64,000 nucleotides of DNA from Octopus vulgaris (Eukaryota). Position 1 is the first letter of the stretch. Each line of letters begins with the position of its first letter. The stretch covers positions 12,896,001-12,960,000 of the forward strand of contig OX597834.1 in assembly GCA_951406725.2 (NCBI GenBank), in the 5' to 3' direction. Below the pieces are notes generated by a model that was given only the letters and a program-made list of their open reading frames with translations, ran no database searches and was not told where the DNA came from. Shown one piece after another: positions 53,429 through 64,000 of this stretch. The position numbers were made by a program, and so were the translations under genes.

Positions 53429-54307
53429 ATTGGTGTAGCATCTGTCATAAAGGTGAATAATGGCTTTCGAAATAACACAGTCAGATCTCGGTGTAGGCGA
53501 GAAGAATTTAGTATGGTGATTAAATGGTAAACGAAATTCCAATACACAATATTTGAGATATGAGGGGAACATCGTAAATATTTGACCAGTTACTTCTCTT
53601 GTGTAATTTATTTTATTTTGTCCAGCTCGGAAAATTAGATTCTGGCTTTCAATTATTTCACTTCAGATATAATCTTTTCAGTGGAAATATGGTTTCTGAA
53701 CAATAATAAAATATGCAAGGAAATCACTTTCATGCCATAATGGAGTTATGATATGAATGTAGGTGAACAATTTACAGGACGAGTTCATGTTGCTTTTCTT
53801 ACCCATTAGAACATATTCTAATCAACATTGTTGGAGAAACACTCGTTAACTCTAAAGTATTCCCCATCTATCTTCTGAACTGTGAACAATTTATAGCATA
53901 TGGGTGGAATTACTTGAACTAGCCCAGCAGTAATTTAATGACCTCGGTATGTATACAGTACAAAGCAGCTAGCAACATCCAAACCATACATTTTTTCAGA
54001 TAATAGTATAATATAATTATAAGATTCGGCCGTTAGTGAAAATATCAGGTATACAAATAACTGCTGCTCTCATAATGGAAATAAAATAATACATTTGGCA
54101 ACATTATATCTCAATATTACAAAAGTATCTAAATGCTTTTCATACTTACGCTAAATATGAATTCCTACGCTATGGAAATACCAAACGTAGTTGAAAGTAA
54201 CATCTGTAGAAATCTATATATATTTTCATGGCGTTCTTACGTGTATAATTTTCATTTAAATTATGTTAATAGTTTCTTTTCTTTCTGGGGAAAACTTAAT
54301 ACTCGCA

Positions 54308-54356
<49 letters not shown>

Positions 54357-54595
54357 TGCTGGAACATTATTAGATCTTATGGTTTGTTGCATAGATACTA
54401 GACATGAGAAAAAGTGAAACAAATCTAATTCACTCCGATTCACAGACTTGTATCTAGAACAGGTGTACTTCTAAAGAAGCTCGAGTGTGAAGCATTTAAA
54501 CAACCTTAACTATGAAAGATTTTCAAGAAGTTGATATTACGAGACATTTCGAGTGTTGCGTGTTCTGTAAACACAACTGTTAAGGGTACACGTTA

Positions 54596-54785
54596 ATGAA
54601 TGAGCTGCGACATCACAGGTGCCAAGATGTATCGGCCTTTGCCTTTCCCTTGGATAACATCGGTGGCGTGGAGAGGGAGACGTGCGCGACTGCTGGTCTT
54701 CCATAACCAACATTGCCCAGACTTGCGCCTCGAAGGGTTACTTTCTAGGTGCAATCACATGGCTATCATGACCGAAGGGGGTCAC
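54596..54785 (+). mobile_element. SINE family C, 3' half
   Basis: Shares GTATCGGC.TTT..CTTTCCCTTGGATAACATCGGTGGC and GACTTGCGC with 13140-13285. Confidence 0.7.
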
Positions 54786-55451
54786 AACAATGTGTATGTG
54801 TGTGTAGGCAGGTGCATATGTATGTATATACACTATATATAAGTATCGCATACATATATGTGTGTGCTTGTGTGTTCGTATCTGTGTGTATATATGTGTA
54901 TAGTATTAATTACAATTGATTTGCACAATTAGTGTTGAAATTTCGTTTCCACTCGATATATATAATGCATTTGCTTCACTATACACATTATGAATTTCCA
55001 GACTCGATGCTTATATACAAACAAAGGTTTAAATCTGAACAATCAGTACTGCAATAAATTGCATACTCTGTTTTCTTTAGTTATCTATATTTACTCTATT
55101 CTTCAATGGGGGTCATGGTTCAATTTCAGCTTCTATGTAAGTAGAATTCATTGACTTCATAGCTGGTTGTACGTAAACCTCAATTCAAGGCATGACAGTT
55201 AGTTTAGATACTAAGATATACAAAAAATATATCTGAAGGGACACTTTCATTTGGAAGGTGAAGACGTTGAAATACCACATAGAACGATTCCTCAACTCAG
55301 CCCTCCTAATATTATTTGAATCAATCATGTTCGATCAAGAGTGTGTGTGAGGCTTATAGTCGAATAAATGTCCACGATTTTTACATATAGTTAATTCCAT
55401 AATTCTATGACCATAAATAAATCGATGCAATGGAAGCATGGTTTTCGCATA

Positions 55452-55672
55452 TACGAGGGTTACCGAAATGTTCCAAACTTTAAGGGTATCGCGAAAGGCG
55501 TGATTAGAGGCTCAACTTTCCGAGGTTATTCATAGGGCTTAGAAAAAATAAAGGAGCGCTGCAATAAGAGTGTGAATCTGAGAGGGGAATATGTTGAACA
55601 AAATCATATTTAACAGATTCTCTTTGTATTGTCTTTTACCCAAAGTCAGGAAACTTCTAATATTCCATCGTA
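55452..55672 (+). mobile_element. Mariner-derived non-autonomous element
   Basis: Starts TACGAGGG and ends ..TCGTA. Retains the transposase C-terminal remnant RCNKSVNLRGEYVE. Confidence 0.6.
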
Positions 55673-56034
55673 CATATACTTTAGTTCGTAGCTACAGTGA
55701 CACCTCATTCCATTTTCTTTTTCGTTGGTCACGACTAAATTGTAAGTACACTTGGGGAAGGAAAGCATTTTGGGTTTTATGCCTGGAATATATTTTAGGG
55801 TTATTCTCATTTGAAAATCAACTCATGTTTTATCACACACAATACAGAAACTCATACACACACAAAAACATGTCCATTGTAATTTACAATATTTGGCATG
55901 AGTATATGGAACATTTTGTTTAATATTTATTTATATATAAATATGCATATACATAAACAAATATGCCTATACACACACACATGCACATACACACACACAC
56001 ACACACACGCACATATATATTGTCTTAGTTTTTT

Positions 56035-56333
56035 ATTCTTTTATTTGTTTCAGTCATTTTGTTCGCAGCCATGCTCGAGCACCGCCTTTAGTCGAGCAAA
56101 TCGACCCCAGGACTTATTCTTTGTAAGTCTATTTCTTATTCTAACGGCCTCCTTAACCGAACCGCTATTTTCGGGGGCGTAAAGACAACATTTACGACAG
56201 GCTTCGTTCAGTTTTCACTTTGGTCAACCCGAGCCTATAGTAGAAGACACTCGCCTAATGTGACACGCACTGGGTCTTAACTGGGGACAATGTGATTCGT
56301 AATCAAGCTACTTACCACACGGCCACTTCTGCG

Positions 56334-56336
<3 letters not shown>
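56035..56336 (-). mobile_element. Diverged, internally deleted SINE family A
   Basis: Reverse complement of the family A head and tail. Confidence 0.75.
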
Positions 56337-56371
<35 letters not shown>

Positions 56372-56374
<3 letters not shown>

Positions 56375-56558
56375 CCATGATAGATCGTTAGCCACTACAC
56401 GCATTTTTCTCTCCTTGCTTCTATCCTTGTTTTTACTGTAGAAGAGCGTAGGCTCGAAACGTAAAAATATTTTTCTATTCCTGAGCGTTATACTAATACA
56501 TCTGTTTGTTTTGTACACCACCTGTCTTCGTCTTTTGTTTTTTTCGTAAACTCTCCCC
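56372..56558 (+). mobile_element. Penelope-like short element, family F, embedded in (TA)n
   Basis: CTGTAGA-A-GAGC-GTAG-GCTC-GAAAC-GTA at 56436-56463; (TA)n on both sides. Confidence 0.65.
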
Positions 56559-56626
<68 letters not shown>

Positions 56627-57434
56627 GTGTGTGTATATACAAATGTATATATGTATATGAACCAAAAATTTTCGATGTACATATTATTTTATCAACTTCG
56701 ATCTTCCGTATTCCCACGTAATTTTTATTCCAGCATTGTAACATGTATCTCCTGTTAACTCCGGTCAGCATAACATTCTGGTTTCTATTTTGTCGGCTTC
56801 TTTCCTAGACGTATATTTAATTTAATTAGGACTTCTCATTCTTCAGTAGAAGTCTTAGTGTCTAACTCGTTTAATTCATTTTGATTAAAAGTGAACATTT
56901 TCCTTAATAGCTGTTACTCAACAATTATATCGAATATGCTCAGAATATTTTACACATACAAAACCATACAAACATAATATCGTATATAATAATAAAGACA
57001 GATGAAGAGACGCATTGAGAAATACATAAACGATCACGGAGATAGAGATATATAGAGAGACGCAAAATATATACACGGTTGCACATTGCACACGGTTTGC
57101 ATGTAAATACGTCATGAGTTATTTTCATACCTGGAGTTTGTCATATTTTACTAATTGAATTCAATTATATTGCATGCGTTTCATTTGTAAAAACCATCAC
57201 CTTCCTCCGGTATAACCATATCTGTTTCAACACACAATTTCACATCAAGAAATTTGCAAAACAAATGCATAAACGTAACATTATGAGTTAATTTTTCGTC
57301 TATCAATAATATATTCATGCTCCCACTCTCTCCCTCTCTCTTTCTCTCTCGATCTTTCTCTCTCTTTCTTTCTCTCACACGTACACACTTCCATTTATCT
57401 ATCTAATCTATCTATCTATCTATCTACGTGTGTC

Positions 57435-57646
57435 TGTCTATGTGACTGCGTGTGTATTGTTGGCGATTTATTATCCGTTTTCCCTTCCTTGAATCTATCC
57501 TTTTCCTATGTTTCTAACGAAGAGCTCCGCTCCAAACGTTAAATCCTTCTTCTTTCTTTCCTTTCCTGAGCGTCCAATAACACTATACCTGTTCAGCGTC
57601 CTCGCGTTGTTGTGTTTTCTCTGTGTTTTCATGTTTGGATTAACTT
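57435..57646 (+). mobile_element. Penelope-like short element, family G, mutated core
   Basis: CTAACGA-A-GAGC-TCC-GCTC-CAAACGTT; homologous to 43313-43522. Confidence 0.6.
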
Positions 57647-58740
<1,094 letters not shown>

Positions 58741-61700
58741 AAATCCATTATGTACATATTGTTTTCAAAAGTTTAACACGTATAGTTGTAAACAAATTGA
58801 CGAAAGACATATTAAATTAATTGAAAACACAGAAGAACGGAGCAAAGTCATAGAAAGTCACCAATTTTCCATCAGTTATCAGCGAAATTGTCGTGCGCAA
58901 TTTCGTTCCATTACCGATAATATTGCACCAACACCGGAGGCAATCAGGAAGAAAAGTTCCTGAGAATTATATGAAAACATAACAATGCAAAACGGACAAA
59001 CAAGGAGGAACAAGGAACAAAAAGATGACATAAATAAGCAGAAGATGGCCTTAGGTCTAGGCGATGAGAAAAAAAAAAGAAATTATAATACATATGATTA
59101 AAATAAAATAATACACAACAAAAGAAAAGCCGTGTTCAAGCAGACGTACAAGTGTGGAGTAACGTAAAGGAGAATTAAAACTGTCCTACTGTGCTAAAAC
59201 AGGCATAAGATTAATATAGAGCTCAGGGGCGATGACCGATGAGATGGAAGGCAACGCGAAAAAGAATGACATCGACTTAGATTGTGACCGGTCACGTGGT
59301 GGTGGGAGAAGGGAGGAAGAGTTAGAAGATATACATGTGTGCATATATATGTCGAAACATATGTCGAAAATAAAGGAATTTTGTTATTTCGTCGTTCAGC
59401 TCCATTCTTTCATATATTTATATACATATATGTATATATCCATACATATGTGTGTATGTATGTATTTCTGTAGTTCTGTATGTATTTAAATTTTGCAGCA
59501 CTTGCCTATTTCTCTCATTCTATAGATCTATCATTTAACAAAATTGAAGAAGTAACCGTTTTCACACATACAACTACTTAAACATTTCGTTTAAAGCTTT
59601 TCTGCTAAGTAAATATATATCTACATACATGCTCATCTATATTAAAATATAAACGTATATAATACTTACTTAAGTTTGCTACATAAGCACACACACAAAG
59701 GCATACGAACCTACATATACACACATGCGCTTGCATAGCTGCTATTGTTTCTTTATCTTCACACATTCTTGATAACAATGAGATAACCAATTATAATATG
59801 AGAAAAGAAAAATATAACTCTGTGTAATATTTGAAGAAATATATTTCAGTATGTATACACAAGGAGAAGAAACTCATCTAAAATGTGTTTTAAAAGGATT
59901 TATTTTTGTATTGAATTTAGGATAATTTTGATGGTGTTGACACTCCATATTCAAGTGACATATTCTTCTATATTAAGTTTTTGGCGTACGAATTCTGTCA
60001 GAAGCAATTGTCATTCCCCAACCCTCACCCCCGTTTAATACACGCAATACGAATATGAACATTTCTGCCTGAGGCGAATCAGAAATATGGGTCAGTTGTG
60101 TAAATTGCCTGAGGTGAATCACGAATAGAAGTCGGTATCAGAGAACTGCTGAAAGAGATCTGCAGTTGTGTAAACGAGACATAGTTACATTCGTCGATGA
60201 CGTCAAGGAATATATGTGACTCAGCAGTTTTATTCCAACAGAAATGAACAGATATCTATCTTCAGTGTTTGTAGTTGTTTCTGCTACGTGATACCGTGTT
60301 TAGGTTGTACGTATTCATAGAAAATTATAGGAGATAAATAAATCATCATAGTCCTATATTAAGTCAAATATGTTTTATTTGCTCCCTGTTTTTAACAGCT
60401 TGGTATTCTCTAACGAATCAAGCAACAAGTGCGCACAATACTGTATCTACACAGCAACGCATGCGTATATAACAACATTTCTCTATCACCGAAAAACATT
60501 ATATCCATTACCTGAACAGACGCACTTATGAGGCGCCCTTGTGCTTGCCTGCTGACGTGTTTTGGTGAAGACACGTTGCTTATGATTTTGTGTTATGTAC
60601 CTCTTATCTCATATACAGATACTCAGGTCATTTCCAGCGGAATATCATTTAATGACTCGAACATACAGCGGGAAGACACACATATAGTAAAGAAAGCTAT
60701 TCATTGCTAGAAGGGAGTCACAATGAGTAATACTTATGATAGAGTGTGTTTATAGAATTACAACTGCGTAGACGTCCTTAAACTCTGAAGCCGACAATTA
60801 GCTTTAGAACAGAGCAAATCTAGTTTCATTTTAAATCGCTAGCAGATAATAATGGTTGATAGGTTGTTCTGTGTATGTGATCTGCATTATTCACAGACCT
60901 ATCCAGCTATACTAAAAAGCACAACGCTTTCTTCAATATATTTTTATTACTTACTTGTTGCCAAGTCACCGACTAAACTACTGTGGACATGACCGCCCTG
61001 CTTTACCAAACTTTGTATTAATGTACATTATATTTTAATACTTCACATTTTCTAATTTTTCCCACATGTCTAGAGCCACATTCAACAACTACAACAACAA
61101 CATCTATTTTCCATTCACATAATTAGGGAAGATTCAAATGTTTTGCTTGAGACAGCTACGAAGCGTTGAGTAGGGAACACTGCCAATTGATTTACTAATA
61201 CATGGTTTCTCTCGACTTCAAACTTCCAGCATGGAAACAGTTATCCGCTATACATTGCTGTTTATAGTTAGATACTTAATGTTTACGCTTCCCATAGACC
61301 GTCACTTTTCGTGTAACTTTCGACAAATTACACCTCAAAAATTGTACGCATCTGCTCAAATCAGTTTGCACATGTATTCTATAGTGCGTTCGATATTGCA
61401 GTAAACCTTGTTGTCAGGTAGGTCCACTGCCGTCTAAATGCTAAAACATGCAGTGTGGACGCCAGTGAGAAGAACACTTATAGCAATACAATTTCAAATA
61501 ATATGTCCAGTAATAAAGTACATCTTCAAACATATACGGGCAAACCTGTTTTTAGAAATATCGCATTTAAAGGGAATAACACATTGATGAAAGAATTTTG
61601 TAAAAGCAAAGAGAAATTCATTGAAAATTTCAAATTCATGATGTTGATTATTATACTTATACAACAAAAAACGAAGGCATAATGCTCGCTGAAATTCTCT

Positions 61701-62604
61701 CACATTACCCACATGACACAAAATAAAGCAATGGACAATAAAAGAGATACTAAAGATAATGTTACTGAATATTTTGTGGATAGTTTTGTGTTAGAATATA
61801 TGAGAATGCGCAAGATAGGTTTAAGGAAAAGTGATAAGTGTTCAGAGAGCGTAAGATGGACTTACGAGGTGCAATGATCTCATAGGGCACTGAACAATGC
61901 CGCATTTAAACTGGAATTCAAACTGGTCTTCAGCTTGAAATCTTTCTCCTGTCAGAAACAGTGTTTCTTAAAGTTGCCTTTGTTGCTATAAGGTTATCAT
62001 CGTTTAAGCTACAGATTTGACACAAAATGCGTGATATTGAGAGATCATTGTAGAGAGAATAACTGTTATGCTTGTCATTGCAAGAAGCAAACATGAATTG
62101 AATTCACTGAAGAGCAAGGCAGACAATGTGAAATGAAAAGAATGAAAAATTAGTGCAACAACAATAACAACCATGGAAGTGTTTCCTCAGCATCATTAAG
62201 CAAACTCTAGAGAAAACAGAGAGTGTATCATTAGTACCATTAGGTGTATTATGACGCTCGCTTTAGGAAATACTTCGTCATCTCGCATAGAACCTTGTAA
62301 GACCTTCGGGATGTGAGGAAGAAATTAATGAGGAAATAATTATTTTCAGACAGAAATACGAAGAGAACGTGGGAAAATTACAGAGACCATATAAATAAAA
62401 GACAACAAAACCAGGTACGTACATCCATTTTATATAACCACATAATCACTCTCTGGGAAAACGAATAATATACAGGGGATTAAAGATTATATATCATTCT
62501 CTGTTCTTAAAAAAAATCAACAATTGATAGACAAAAAATTGCATGGGTTGTGCTACAGATTCTCTGAAGATTTTAGAGTAAGAAAATCCAATTTAGTTCA
62601 AAAT

Positions 62605-62988
62605 GGAAGCACTCCGTCGGTTACGACGACGAGGGTTCCGGTTGATCCGAATCAACGGAACGGCCTGCTCGTGAGATTAACGTGTAAGTGGCTGAGCACT
62701 CCACAGACACGTGTACACTTAACGTAGTTCTCGGGGATATTCAGCGTGACACAGAGAGTGACAAGGCCGGCCCTTTGAAATACAGGTACAACAGAAACAG
62801 GAAGTAAGAGTGAGAGAGGGTTGTGGTGAAAGAGTACAGCAGGGATCACCACCATCCCCTGCCGGAGCCTCGTGGAGCTTTAGGTGTTTTCGCTCAATAA
62901 ACACTCACAACGCCCGATCTGGGAATCGAAACCGCGATCCTATGACCGCGAGTCCGCTGCCCTAACCACTGGGCCATTGCACCTCTAC
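62605..62988 (-). mobile_element. SINE family B with 12-bp TSD
   Basis: TSD TTAGTTCAAAAT at 62593-62604 and 62989-63000. Confidence 0.92.
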
Positions 62989-63500
62989 TTAGTTCAAAAT
63001 ATAAACAGCATGAAAAGGAAAAGTTTCTTGAAGAATTAGAATTACGACGTGTATACATACATTGTTACTTTTAGACATGGATTCATTGCTGGGGCATACG
63101 CTTGCACACGAACACAGCTTGAAGTTTTCTTCAAATTACATTATAATTGAAAACAATGAGAACATTTCAATATGTGAAGTTGTCTTACATTTTACGAACA
63201 TATGTGAAGATATGTGAAGATGTCCATACATTTTTACCAGCATATTTCAGAGAAATATCCACGTTTCAAACAAATATTTCCTCAAACACCTATTCTAGAC
63301 TTTAGATATAATAAATATATAAGATACTATCAACAGGTGCTACTGATACCAATGAACCATTTATTGGAGATTCTACACTTTGGATTTCTAAAAACAGTCG
63401 CAAGTGAAGTAATCCTTGTGCCTTATACAACAATATGAATCAATTCATCTCCATGAAAATTTATAGCAGAGTTTTATGAGTTCTATAGAAGCTGCGGTCT

Positions 63501-63501
<1 letters not shown>

Positions 63502-63538
<37 letters not shown>

Positions 63539-63690
63539 ATTATTATTATTATTATTATTATTATTATTGTTATTATTATTATTGTCGTTTTTGCTGTTGT
63601 TGTTATTGTACTTTTTATTGTTACTATTATTATTATTATCATTCTCACCCCCTCCTTCTCATTCTCATCATCATCATCATGCTCCTTTTC
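63502..63690. repeat. (ATT)n/(GTT)n/(CAT)n trinucleotide repeats
   Basis: Seen directly. Confidence 0.9.
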
Positions 63691-63860
63691 ATTATTATCT
63701 TCAGCATATAAAATATACCACTGGAAAATTGTGCTTGATTGCACCGAGTACCGCACGCGTTCAAATTTCATGTACTTGTGCTTCAAAATGAAAAAAAAGA
63801 AGTTATTATTACTATTTATAATCTATTCCTTTCAATTATTATTATTATTATTATTATTAT

Positions 63861-64000
63861 TCAGTAGTTTTATTTTTATAGCGTGCTTTCACTTCACTAC
63901 CGGGCGCAGCTCTGTGTGCCTTAGGTATGTGCTGTGATTTGTTGTGATGCTCTGATGGTTATTGTATGGAAAGTGTTCTGCGTAGGATGTGTGCAGTGCC
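63861..64000 (-). mobile_element. 3' end of an R4/Dong-like LINE terminating in (AAT)n; runs off the window
   Basis: Reverse complement of 45763-45905, abutting (ATT)n at 63835-63860. Confidence 0.8.

Noticed and set aside
63445-63937. Poly-I/poly-L ORFs
   Set aside because: Translation of (ATT)n repeats plus the antisense strand of a LINE 3' UTR.

Overview
AT-rich, repeat-dense eukaryotic DNA with no prokaryotic features. The SINE families and the density of (TA)n/(CA)n/(AAT)n microsatellites point to a cephalopod genome, most likely Octopus (recognition, not a database result). No complete host protein-coding gene is visible, and most long ORFs in the track are microsatellite or SINE artefacts. 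The window is a mosaic of: four tRNA-derived SINE families; a MITE family with GG-starting TIRs and 8-bp TSDs (Merlin-like); Tc1/mariner fossils; Helitron-like tandem units; restriction-like-endonuclease LINE fragments, three of them in (AAT)n tracts; and a zinc-knuckle ORF1 fossil. The most interesting signal is about a dozen short elements carrying minimal type-I hammerhead ribozyme cores. Their stem III is palindromic, several cores are non-canonical, many abut (TA)n, and four occur as inverted (foldback) duplications, which fits non-autonomous Penelope-like/retrozyme-type elements. Weaker evidence suggests a few host exons: a signal-peptide-like exon with a GC donor at 25.5 kb, a 15-nt microexon candidate, and a minus-strand ATG-terminal exon plus a second exon near the left end.
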